The notes below the pieces were generated by a model. The model made no database searches. It saw only the letters and a program-made list of their open reading frames with translations, and was not told the origin of the DNA. The position numbers and the translations under genes are program-made. DNA of 64,000 nt from an uncultured Acidobacteriota bacterium (lineage in GTDB: Bacteria > Acidobacteriota > UBA6911): NCBI GenBank assembly GCA_963827655.1, contig CAWHCF010000006.1, positions 192,001 to 256,000 of the forward strand, given 5' to 3'. Numbering within the stretch: position 1 is the first letter of the stretch; every line of letters begins with the position of its first letter. Below are positions 47,987-57,759 of the stretch, piece after piece.

Positions 47987-48616
47987 ATGTTTTCGAAAGA
48001 GATAGCGCTAGAGACCTACGAAAAGGAGAGATCGAGTGCGGAGCTTGATTCTCAATCAGACCAGATCTGTACCGACAGGAGCGCGGTTTTCGACGAGCTT
48101 TTTGAGCGTCACCAGTCGATGGTCTTTAACCTGGCCTACCGCATTCTGGGCGATCGTGAGGAGGCTCTCGACATCTCGCAAGAGGTTTTCCTCACCATTT
48201 ATCGGAAGATGCATCACTTTCGGGGAGACTCCTCGCTGAAGACCTGGATTTATCGCATCGCCATCAACAGGGCATCCAATCGGTGCAGGTGGTGGAACCG
48301 TCTGCGCCGGCGCGGAACCGTTTCGCTGGACCAACACCTCACCAGGGATACCGGACTCAATCTGTCCGAAACCCTGGAAACCGACGATCGTTCACCCGAA
48401 GAGAATCTCTTGTCGAAAGAGAGGTCCCTGGAGATTCAACGGTCATTGCTTCGATTGCCTGTCCCGCAGCGCGTGGCAGTCATCATGAGGGACATTGAAG
48501 GGATGTCCTACGAGGAGATTGCCGCATCGACGCAAGCATCCCTGGGAACTGTGAAATCACGAATTGCACGGGGCCGGGAGGAACTCAAGCGGCATCTCAA
48601 CGGGGCGCTCGGGTAG
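47987..48616 (+). CDS. ECF RNA polymerase sigma factor (RpoE/SigW-like)
   Basis: AFDELF-like region 2, QEVFL, FRGDSSLKTWIYRIAIN, MSYEEIA, GTVKSRIARGRE. Confidence 0.94.
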   Translation: MFSKEIALETYEKERSSAELDSQSDQICTDRSAVFDELFERHQSMVFNLAYRILGDREEALDISQEVFLTIYRKMHHFRGDSSLKTWIYRIAINRASNRCRWWNRLRRRGTVSLDQHLTRDTGLNLSETLETDDRSPEENLLSKERSLEIQRSLLRLPVPQRVAVIMRDIEGMSYEEIAASTQASLGTVKSRIARGREELKRHLNGALG

Positions 48617-48645
48617 ACGCCCGAGGCTGGCAGGAGGTTTGTGAC

Positions 48646-49425
48646 ATGAAGTGTCAAGAAGCTCAAAAGCATCTGTCCCCCCTACTCGATAACATACTCG
48701 AGAACGCGGTTTCTAGCCGGGTCTCTACCCACCTGGATGAATGTTCCGCCTGCCGCCTGGAGCTGCGCCGGCTTCGTCTGGTAAGTGCTCGACTAGGATC
48801 GCTGGAGAAAGTTTCGTCGCCCGAGTTTCTCAAACACTTGATCCAGATGCAGCTGGAAAACACGACGCAAGAGCGATTGGCGGCCCGGCTGCGAAAGAAC
48901 TTGGAATACAAGTGGTCCAGGGTCCGAACGACGGAAGGGCTGTGGTATGTCACGCGGATGGCGGGCACTGCAATGACCGCGGTTTTCTTTTTTGTACTGT
49001 ACACCGCGATGAGTCCCGTCTACTTCAGCCTGCGCCCGCCGCTACCCGAACGCCCAGCGGTATCGCAGGATCGCCCTCAACAACTGGCGGCCAACGTTCT
49101 GAATCATCTGGGTCTGACACCCCCGAGCGGGTTTCGCCGGCGTGTGAGTTCCAGCGAGGCGATGATCAGCGACCTCTATTTCTTGAAATTTGGTCAAAGC
49201 GCGTCGCGCAGAGGCGCGGACGATACCGTGACGCTCTTTACCACGGTGGATCGACGAGGGTCGGCTAAGATCCAAAACGTGCTCGAATATCCCAGCGACA
49301 GCACGCTGCTCGATAACTTCAGCGAGATGATTGCCTCAGCAAGATGCAGGCCTGCGATACATAATGGAAAAGCAATCGACTCTCCTCTCGTCCTGACCTT
49401 TTCGAAAATCTCGGTGTACGACTGA
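48646..49425 (+). CDS. zf-HC2 anti-sigma factor with TM helix and TonB-C-like C-terminal domain
   Basis: MKC...HLDECSAC; TM AMTAVFFFVLY; TVDRRGSAKIQNVL...ARCRPAIHNGKAID..LVLTFS. Confidence 0.8.
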   Translation: MKCQEAQKHLSPLLDNILENAVSSRVSTHLDECSACRLELRRLRLVSARLGSLEKVSSPEFLKHLIQMQLENTTQERLAARLRKNLEYKWSRVRTTEGLWYVTRMAGTAMTAVFFFVLYTAMSPVYFSLRPPLPERPAVSQDRPQQLAANVLNHLGLTPPSGFRRRVSSSEAMISDLYFLKFGQSASRRGADDTVTLFTTVDRRGSAKIQNVLEYPSDSTLLDNFSEMIASARCRPAIHNGKAIDSPLVLTFSKISVYD

Positions 49426-49758
49426 GATTACTCCCCGATTCCTGCCGGCTTCGGCCTCTTGGCGGGGCTGTGGCTTGAACGCGCTTACCCCCGCCTGAGC
49501 GTGCATGACTACTAAAGGCCCTTTTCGTTGATAGCCACGCAACAAGTTTTTTGGATTCCCTCCAATTGGTTGAATTTTTCCGGTCTGAAAGAATTTCTTA
49601 ACCTTGGGTTCTTTTTTTCGTAACCGGCATGGGTAGCGTTATTAAGCCGAGCCGCAGGACGCCCCCGAACCAGGAACGTAACTTGCTTCGTGGCTTATCT
49701 TTGATCCTTGAGCGACAGCGCTGATGACGTCGAAGGAACAACCGTCAGGGAGGAACTA

Positions 49759-52734
49759 ATGAGGAATCGAAGAACGTGGGTTGCCGTACTCGTCTTTGTC
49801 GGTGTCGTGCTTGGTGCGGAAACCGGATCGTCCCAGTCTCAGATCACGACAGGAACTATTCAGGGGAGCGTTACCGACGAAACCGGGGGCGTCATCCCGG
49901 GCGCTTCGGTGACGTTGACCCACGTGGCCACCGGGGTAACTCGAACGGTCCTTGCCGACGAGCATGGGCGCTACACCGCTCCTCTCCTTGAAGTCGGCGA
50001 CTATGAAATCGCCGTCGAGGCATCGGGGTTCGGCAAGGTGGTCCAGAAGGGCTACGTTCTTGCGCTCGGTCAGACGCTGGTGGTGAACATACCGATCAAG
50101 ATAGCTGGATTGGAACAGGTGGTCACGGTAAGCGACGAGTCACCTCTGGTGGAGACGTCGAAGGCTGAAACCAGCACGCTGGTCGACCGCCGAGCCGTGG
50201 CCAATCTCCCGTTGAATGGACGCCGGTTCCTGGACCTCGCGTTTCTGACGCCGGGCGTCAGCCAGGAGCGAGAGCGCGGCCAGGTGTCGTTGGCCGGCCA
50301 GCGCGGCATCAACAGCAACGTCAACGTGGACGGCGCCGATTTCAACCAGCCGTTTTTCGGCGGCCAGCGCGGCGGGGAGCGAACGAACGATGCCTACGTG
50401 GTCAGCCAGGAAGCGATTCGGGAATTTCAGGTCGTGCGTTCCGGCTTTGCCCCGGAGTTCGGACGGTCGACGGGAGGCGTGGTAAACGTCATCACCAAAT
50501 CGGGGACCAACCTCTGGCACGGCAGCGGGTTCTATTACCTCCGCCACCGCGAGTTTGCTCCGCGCACCGTTTTTGGCGACGATGTCGCTCCCACGCGCCA
50601 GCAGTTTGGCGGAACCGCCGGAGGACCGCTGAACCGCGACCAGACCTTCTTTTTCATGGCCTACGACCAGCAGGCTCAGCATGAGGCCTTGATCGTTCGC
50701 TTCAATAACCCCGCGGGTCTTCCGGCCGATCTCCTGGCGCAACAGGGAGTGTTCAAATCCACCAACGACGTGAATACCTACCTCGTGAAGGTCGATCACC
50801 AGTGGTCCGCTGCTACCCACGTCACGGCCCGCTACAACTACAGCCGCAACAAGGCCCTGAACGGTACCTTCACCGGGAGTTACCACCGGCGTGCGTGGAG
50901 AACAACGGAATCGAGCGGGATCGCACTCACACGGGCGTGCTGAACATCAATACGGTCATTTCAGCCACCATGCTCAATGAACTGCGCGGGCAGTACTCGT
51001 ATGAAGACCGGCCCCGCATCAACAACGGCGAAGCGCTCGATTTCAATTCGCAGGTGGGCCCGCAAGTGCAGGTCAGTCGCTGCTGCTTTTTCGGCGGGGT
51101 TGCGTTCCTTCCCGTCCAGCAGAACGACGACCGCCTCCAGTTTGCCGATAACTTTTCCCTGATCCGCGGGGCGCACAATATGAAGTTCGGGTTCGATTGG
51201 AATCGCGCCCACGTGGAGCAGATTTTCCGAGGCAACTGGCGTGGGGTTTACGTCTTCAATAACGTTGCCAGCTTCGTCAATGTCCTGAACCAGGTTCCAG
51301 GCGCCGTTGCCGACCAGTTCCGGGTTTTCTTCGGCAACGGTCGATTGGATGGCGTCGCAGTACGACGTCGCTACATTCTTTCAGGATTCGTGGAAAGTAA
51401 ACCGGCGCCTGACCATGACCGCCGGGCTGCGCTACGAAGCCGCCCTGAATCCACAGCCCGTATTTCCCAATTCGCTGCTCCCGCAGACGGCCAGGATTCC
51501 GAGTGACACGAAAGAATGGCAACCACGCCTGGGTCTGAGCTGGGATATTTCCGGGAATGGCCGAACCCTGCTGCGCGCCTCGTCCGGTCTCTTCTACGCG
51601 CGCACGCCCATGCTGCTGTTGAACCAGGCTTTCAACGCCAATGGCAACCCCGATGTCGGTTCCGCGTTCACGCTCAATCCGGCTCAAATTCGACAGGCTC
51701 AGTCGGTCCATCCTGAGTTTGTCTTCCCGTTTGTGCCGGATACCTCGAGCGCTGCCAACGCGTCGTATTTCACGGCTGCGGGTATCGCCGGCTTGCGTCC
51801 CGACGCCTCGTTCTTTGACCCGGAATTCAGGAATCCGCGCAGCTTCAATTACAGCCGTAGGGCTGGAGCAATTGCTCGCGAATAATCTGGCTCTTTCCCT
51901 GGATTGGGTGCACTCGAATACCGTTTACCTCGAGCGCATCCGTGACATAAACCTGGCGCCGCCGGTCGTTGGTAGGACAACTCCACTCCGCCCGTGCTTC
52001 GCCCACGATTCAACGTCTCGCTCCGGCCGGATCCCAACTTCAATATCCTTCGCAGCCAGGAGAGCAGCGCCCGTTCCAACTACGATGCGCTGTCGCTCTC
52101 GCTGAACAAGCGGTTTGCCAGCCGATACCAGTTCCTGGGCTCCTATACTCTCGCCTATAACCGTGACGATGACTCCAATGAACGCAACTTCGCGGGTATA
52201 ACCTATGAAAACGCGTTCAATCTGATCGACGAGTACCGTTGGAGCCGAAATGACATCAGGCACCGCGGGGTGCTCAGCGGCAGTTACGACATCCCCGGGG
52301 GATTCCTGGTTTCGGGAATCGTGACCTATCGGACCGGCCTGCCGTTTACCGCTTTCACGGGTGTCGACAGCAACGGCGATTCGCAGTTTACCGACCGGCC
52401 GATTATCGCCGGAATTCCCTTGCTGCGTAACAGCTTCCGCCAGCCGAATTTCTTTAACGTCGACCTGCGGGTTTCGAAAACGTTCACCGTCAAGGAAAAC
52501 CACAAGCTGGAACTGCTCTTTGACATGTTCAACGTTACCAACCAGCGTAACTTTTTCTACCTAGTGTCGACCAACGAGAGCACGACGACGGCAACGGGAT
52601 CCGTGTGGGGGACCGATCAGACGCCGCTTCCGACCTTCCGCACTCTGCAGAATCCCGACGGCACCTACAACCGGAACACTGCGAGTGTGGCCTCGCCGTT
52701 CCAGTTGCAGGCGGCGCTGCGCTACAGTTTCTAG
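49759..52734 (+). pseudogene. TonB-dependent receptor (Oar-like) broken by 4 frameshifts (pseudogene or read errors)
   Basis: One protein across ORFs 49708, 50802, 51307, 51641 and 51994; shifts near 50885, 51345, 51855 and 51975; ends FQLQAALRYSF. Confidence 0.85.
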
Positions 52735-52802
52735 GCAGCCGAAGGACCGCAAAGACACCAGGACGCCAGGATATTGCAACGATCGATCGGGCGCGAAAAC
52801 GC

Positions 52803-53358
52803 ATGCAGCCCTATGACGTCTACAGTCTAGGTTTTTCCAACCGTATCCTGGGACGCGACCGTCGAGATTCTTCACGCCTTCGGCATCCGTTGTGTTGTCG
52901 ACATCCGCACCTTACCCGGCTCCCGGCATACGCCTCAGTTCAACAAGAGCGTTCTCGAGAAAGCGCTGCCCAGGGAGAACATCGAATACATTCACCTGAA
53001 GCCTCTCGGAGGACTGCGCAAGCCGAAGCGGGGCGACACGACGAACGAAGGCTGGAAGAATTCAGGTTTTCGAGGTTATGCCGACTACATGCAGACCGAG
53101 GAATTCAGCCAGGCGCTGGACGACCTGATCCGGATAGTGTCCGACAAGACCTGCGTCTATGCTTGTACCGAAGCTGTTTTCTGGCGCTGTCACCGTGCCC
53201 TGCTGTCCGACGCGCTGACCGTGAGGGGTTACAAAGCAGGGCACATATTCGGCCCGACCAAGTGCGAGCCCCATTCGCTCACCAGTTTCGCCTGCGTCGA
53301 AGGCAGCCGCATTACCTATCCGATTCTTACCGCGAAGACGCCAACTCTCTTCGGTTGA
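52803..53358 (+). pseudogene. DUF488 family protein with a frameshift near 52845
   Basis: MQPYDVYSLGFSNR, then VVDIRTLPGSRHTPQFN...LGGLR...WKNSGFRGYADYMQT...CTEAVFWRCHR.LLSD. Confidence 0.8.
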
Positions 53359-53360
53359 TT

Positions 53361-54149
53361 TCATCGGCCCTGGAAACTTGCCTTCCGCTTTTGAAGAAAT
53401 GCGTTTACACCCTCGAGGAAGTCCTCGGAGCGGAAGCAATCGGCCTGATTGAGCGCTTCGAACTCGAGCGCCGAGCTCAGATCGGCGCTCTGACCGTACA
53501 CGAGCGCCTCTTTTATTTTCCCCAGGGCAATGGCAGGAGCGGCCAGGAACGTTTCTACCAGAGCGTTGACAGTGGAGTCGAGTTTTTCAACCGGTACGAC
53601 CTGGTTTACCAGGCCGAGGGCGAGAGCCTGGGCGGCGTCAATGGTCACCCCTGTCGCCATCAGCTCAAAGGCCTTGGCATAGCCAACCAGGCGCGGCAGA
53701 AAATAGGTAGAACCGCCGTCCGGCATCAGTCCGATCTTGATGAAACCCATGCTGAACTTTGCCTGATCGGAGGCAATCCGGATATCGGAGGCCAGAGCGT
53801 AGCTGAAGCCGATGCCCGCCGCCGGACCATGCACCCGCGCGATAATCGGTTTGGGCATACGACTCATCGCGAGGATCGCAGGCGTGGTGTGCTTGCGCAA
53901 GCCCGCTGTGACATCGTAGCTCTTGATTTGTTCGGGCGTGCGGGCCTGAAGGTCGGCGCCGGCGCAGAAGGCGTCACCGGCCCCGGTCAGAACGATTACT
54001 TTGGTGTCGTCTCGGGCAGCCTGCTGAATAGCGTCGTGGAGCAGCTGCATCGCCTCGAAATCGACGGCGTTACGCCGTTCCGGACGGTTAAATGTAATAC
54101 GAGTGACGCGGTTCTCCACCGTCACTATCAGTTTTTCACCTGAACCCAT
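53361..54149 (-). CDS. Enoyl-CoA hydratase/isomerase (crotonase, PaaG-like)
   Basis: NRPERRNA, FCAGADL, PKPIIARVHG.AAGIG, GLMPDGG, EGVNAFLQKRK..FQG. Confidence 0.92.
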   Translation of the reverse strand: MGSGEKLIVTVENRVTRITFNRPERRNAVDFEAMQLLHDAIQQAARDDTKVIVLTGAGDAFCAGADLQARTPEQIKSYDVTAGLRKHTTPAILAMSRMPKPIIARVHGPAAGIGFSYALASDIRIASDQAKFSMGFIKIGLMPDGGSTYFLPRLVGYAKAFELMATGVTIDAAQALALGLVNQVVPVEKLDSTVNALVETFLAAPAIALGKIKEALVYGQSADLSSALEFEALNQADCFRSEDFLEGVNAFLQKRKASFQGR

Positions 54150-54190
54150 AAAGATCCTCGCAAGTTTTAGGTAGTATTCTGACGCACGTA

Positions 54191-54423
54191 GGGTTCGCGC
54201 AGAAATAAGTTCGCATTCTGCTGCAGGCCCCCAGGCCCGCTGGCGAGGCGCGAGCGACGATGCGTACCCGGTGCGGTACGTGAGAAGCGAGCAACAAAGC
54301 CAGCGGGCCTGCGGGCCGCAGCCCGAAGGGGCGCGATCCTCACCCTGCTTAGCGAACAGAAACCGGTTCATGATTGACCGCCGATTCTCGCGCCAGAATG
54401 TGAAGTTATTTCTGCGCGAGCCC
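54191..54423. mobile_element. 233-bp MITE-like element with 18-bp TIRs and internal stem-loops
   Basis: GGGTTCGCGCAGAAATAA ... TTATTTCTGCGCGAGCCC (17/18); internal CAGGCCCGCTGGC/GCCAGCGGGCCTG stem; flanks GTA/TTA. Confidence 0.75.
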
Positions 54424-54494
54424 TTAGGTCACGGAACTTATCACGGAGTCGCGAAGACACAAAGGTCGTCGTCTCTTCGGGGGCTTGCGCCGCC

Positions 54495-55253
54495 ATGAAA
54501 TCGAAAGCTGTGATGACTCTGGACCGGGTGCTTTCTCGCTTCGGCCTCGCTTCACGGACTGACTCGCGCGAAGCCATTCTAGGAGGGCGCCTGAAGGTAA
54601 ACGGGAAGGTCGTGCGCAATCCCGAACTCTGGGTGCGTCCGGAAAAGGACGTGATTCATCTCGACGGCAATCGCCTCAAACCAGCCCGCAAGGTCTACCT
54701 CCTTTTCTACAAACCTAAAGGAGTGATCACCAGTCATGGAGACCCCGGCGATCGCAAGACCGTTTACGACTACATTCAGGAGAAGAACGCCTGGGTTGTT
54801 CCTGTGGGGCGTCTCGATCGGGACACTTCCGGGCTGCTATTGCTGACCAACGACACCGATTTCGCCGAATTCGTTACTGCGCCTGAATCCAGGGTCCCCA
54901 AGACCTATCTTGTGAAAGTAAGTGGACTTCTCTCGGAGGAGACTTTAGCAAGCCTCAGGAGCGGGGTGAGGCTGAAAAGGGGAGATTGGGCCAAGCCTGA
55001 GAGAATTACGCGGTTGAAAGACCGAGGGAAATATACCTGGCTCGAGATTGTGCTGACCGAGGGGAAGAACCGCGAAGTCCGGCGCATGATCGAGACGGTG
55101 GGATTCAAGGCGCTCAAGCTTGTCAGGACGCGAATCGGCGCATTGACGCTGGAGAACCTCGAGGTGGGGAAGTACCGGAGAGTAACCGCCAGTGAAGTTG
55201 CTGCCCTGAAAGAGTACCGACGATCCGATTTACGATTGACGATTGACGATTGA
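54495..55253 (+). CDS. rRNA pseudouridine synthase, RsuA/RluB/E/F family
   Basis: S4 domain, YKPKGVITS, PVGRLDRDTSGLLLLTND, LTEGKNREVRRM. Confidence 0.93.
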   Translation: MKSKAVMTLDRVLSRFGLASRTDSREAILGGRLKVNGKVVRNPELWVRPEKDVIHLDGNRLKPARKVYLLFYKPKGVITSHGDPGDRKTVYDYIQEKNAWVVPVGRLDRDTSGLLLLTNDTDFAEFVTAPESRVPKTYLVKVSGLLSEETLASLRSGVRLKRGDWAKPERITRLKDRGKYTWLEIVLTEGKNREVRRMIETVGFKALKLVRTRIGALTLENLEVGKYRRVTASEVAALKEYRRSDLRLTIDD

Positions 55254-55488
55254 CGATTGGGAGTTGGTTGTCACTTGTGATTTCTGGTTGCTTCCTCGTC
55301 TGCATCTTAACGGTTGGTTTTGTTCCGCTACACTAACCACGAAGCCACGAAGTCGCAAAGACACTGAACATGCCATTCATGATGGAAGCCGTCCCCGATG
55401 AAGCGCAGTCGGCAATCGACGAACGTCGATTGTGAGTGAGGTTGTGGTACAATCACCGTCCCAATCGTAAATCGTAAATCGTAAATCG
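55226..55488. repeat. Inverted 7-mer arrays between convergent genes, enclosing an 8-mer array
   Basis: (CGATTGA)x5 at 55226-55260; (TAAATCG)x4 at 55461-55488; AACCAC-GAAGCCAC-GAAGTCGC-AAAGACAC at 55335-55364. Confidence 0.88.
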
Positions 55489-55490
55489 AT

Positions 55491-57719
55491 TCAGGGGATT
55501 TTTACGATGAGCTTGGTGGTGCCTGTGGATCCGGTCGAATCACCCGCGCGCAGTCCGATCGCATGTTCCCCGGGAGCCAGATCCAGCGTCGTCATCTGAA
55601 AATCCTCTTGAGGCGAATCTGCGATCCCGTCCGTCGGGAAGACGAGAAACCACTCACCTCCGTCCACTGAGAATTCGGCACTCAAGATGCGATCGGTCGG
55701 AACCCGGGCTCGGAAATGAATCTCAACCTTCTTGCCGCTGATCTTGTGATTGACGACCTCCAGCTGCGGCGTTCCGTTGCTGATCACAAACGGCTTTGAG
55801 ACCATCTCTCCGATCAAGAACTTGCCAAAGGGGTTGGACGGCGCGTCGCTGGCGACAATTTTCATGGTGTACACGCCATCGGGAAGCGATGCGCTATCCA
55901 GAGTGTAGAAGACATCGGTAACCTTTTTCTCCAGCAACTTCCAGTCTGCTTCCCCTTCTCCTCTGAAAAAGATGGAATATTCCAGCGTGTCGTCATTGTC
56001 GTCCGTGGCTTTCCACGAGAATGACTGAGCGCCCGGTTGGACGATCTGGCGCGGCGGTAAAGGCTGTTTTTCCTTTCCCCGTTCGCGCGGGGCATTCAAA
56101 GGAGCCCCGTCGGTGCCCATCGACGAAAAGCTGACACTCCCGGATGGCAGCGAGGGCGTTTTTTGCAAGGCCAAACCGGAGGGAAGAACGTTGATGCTCA
56201 CAACCTGCGGGCGCAGGTTCTGTTGCAAATACGATACTCGAACTCTCTCGAGCAGGTCCGTAGCTGCGTTGGTGCTCGGGTTGGTGCCTCGCTTGAAGGC
56301 AGCTCTCCATTGGAAGTACCGTGCCTTCGGGCTGGTGACCTGCTGGCCGGCACTGGTGTAAGGCGCGCTCCAGTCGCTCCAGGAGCTGTCCGGCTTTTCC
56401 GTATTGCCGCTCCTGGTAGATAGCTCGACGCTGCCGCCTGCCGGATTCATCATGTTCCAGGCGATCTTTCCCCAGGCTGCCACGGTCTTCGCGTCCAGAA
56501 GCTTTGACTCGAACGTACCGGTTTCCGTTCTCTGTGATTGCAGTCTGTAGACCTTCCCCTGGTTACTTCCTGCTACCCAGACAGCGTCGGTCCCCTGCAC
56601 CAGTCTCGTCATCTGCTCCTCTGGAGAATCAGTGATGACCGTGACCTGTTTCGCGGCATCAATCGAGAGCAGCCTGCCTTTGCCTCCAGTCGAGGCCAGA
56701 ATGCTGCCGTCAGTACGAACCATCACGTCGTAGACCATCTGGTCCCTTGAGGTAAAGACCGTTTCCGTGCTTCCGTCTTTGGTAATTGAATAGATGGATG
56801 ACTTGGATCCTGTGGAATCCTTCTCGCCGCCGGGTGCAGTAACGGCTGAGACAGGCTCCTTGGATTTCTCCGAGACGCTCCCGAGCGCTTGAATCGTAAC
56901 GATGGGAAGGGCGCCGGCGATCGTATCCGGGCTCGAGGTGCTCTTGACTGCCGGTGGACTCGCGAGGCTCTTCGAACTTGAAGCTACGGCATGGACGGTG
57001 CCGAACCGGTCCAGCGCCAGCGAGCGGATTTCCTCCATCGGCGAATCGAGCAGCGTAAAGGCCTTGCCCTGCGGATTGATCTGTAGAACAAGTCCTCCCG
57101 GCGAAGTGCCGGCCAGGAGATTGGCGCCCTCCCTGACCAACGACACGATGTGGCTGTCATCGCTGTCATAGAAGCTCGACTTCTTTCCTGCGCGGTCCAC
57201 TTTGTGGATGATTCCCCGCCCTCCCGTTCCGACGTAAAGGTTACCGGCGTCATCGAAGACCAGCGACCAGATGTACTTTTCTTCCGGCGCGCAAAACTCG
57301 GTCGCCTGGTTCGGTCCGGTGACTTTGTAGACCTTACCGTCCGGCGACGAGCCTACGTACAACGTGTCCGACCCATCCAGAGCGAGAGCGAAAATGTCCA
57401 GTTCTTTGGTCTGGTAATAGAGCGTGCCGTTCCCCTTGGAGTCAACCTTGAAAACCTTTCCTTCGTGCCCGGTCCCGAGGTAGAGGTTTCCTGCCTTGTC
57501 GCGCACCATCGAGAAAATGTAGGGCTGGCCGGTATCGTAGACCATCTCGTAGCTGGGGGCCAGAAACAGCTTTCCGTCTGACGTGAGTGATACGCGCGTG
57601 AGCGTTCCCTTCAGCAGCTCTTCCTGGGTAAAGTTCTCCCAGAACTGGGGTGTGACGGCCGTTGCCGTGAAACACACAAGCAGCAGGTAAAGCAGGGCAC
57701 ACAAGCCTCTATATCGCAT
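55491..57719 (-). CDS. Secreted beta-propeller protein with FN3/Ig-like C-terminus
   Basis: Signal peptide; repeated LY(L/V)GTG..GKV(F/Y)KV blades; TRSGNT..PD..WSDWS; WKATDDNDD.L.Y. Confidence 0.78.
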   Translation of the reverse strand: MRYRGLCALLYLLLVCFTATAVTPQFWENFTQEELLKGTLTRVSLTSDGKLFLAPSYEMVYDTGQPYIFSMVRDKAGNLYLGTGHEGKVFKVDSKGNGTLYYQTKELDIFALALDGSDTLYVGSSPDGKVYKVTGPNQATEFCAPEEKYIWSLVFDDAGNLYVGTGGRGIIHKVDRAGKKSSFYDSDDSHIVSLVREGANLLAGTSPGGLVLQINPQGKAFTLLDSPMEEIRSLALDRFGTVHAVASSSKSLASPPAVKSTSSPDTIAGALPIVTIQALGSVSEKSKEPVSAVTAPGGEKDSTGSKSSIYSITKDGSTETVFTSRDQMVYDVMVRTDGSILASTGGKGRLLSIDAAKQVTVITDSPEEQMTRLVQGTDAVWVAGSNQGKVYRLQSQRTETGTFESKLLDAKTVAAWGKIAWNMMNPAGGSVELSTRSGNTEKPDSSWSDWSAPYTSAGQQVTSPKARYFQWRAAFKRGTNPSTNAATDLLERVRVSYLQQNLRPQVVSINVLPSGLALQKTPSLPSGSVSFSSMGTDGAPLNAPRERGKEKQPLPPRQIVQPGAQSFSWKATDDNDDTLEYSIFFRGEGEADWKLLEKKVTDVFYTLDSASLPDGVYTMKIVASDAPSNPFGKFLIGEMVSKPFVISNGTPQLEVVNHKISGKKVEIHFRARVPTDRILSAEFSVDGGEWFLVFPTDGIADSPQEDFQMTTLDLAPGEHAIGLRAGDSTGSTGTTKLIVKIP

Positions 57720-57759
57720 CGATTCTCCAGAACTGCGCGGCGTCCGGCGAGGCGCCAGC

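Noticed and set aside
49430-49750. Riboswitch in the long leader of the second TonB receptor
   Set aside because: I could not recognise cobalamin, TPP or other conserved aptamer motifs; an Rfam/Infernal scan would be decisive.
52605-54143. 512-aa ORF on the + strand
   Set aside because: Composite: it contains the DUF488 N-terminus, runs out of frame after the frameshift, then reads antisense to the crotonase gene.
54433-54460. Second RpoE-type promoter (GGAACTT)
   Set aside because: No GTC-type -10 element at 16-17 bp spacing.
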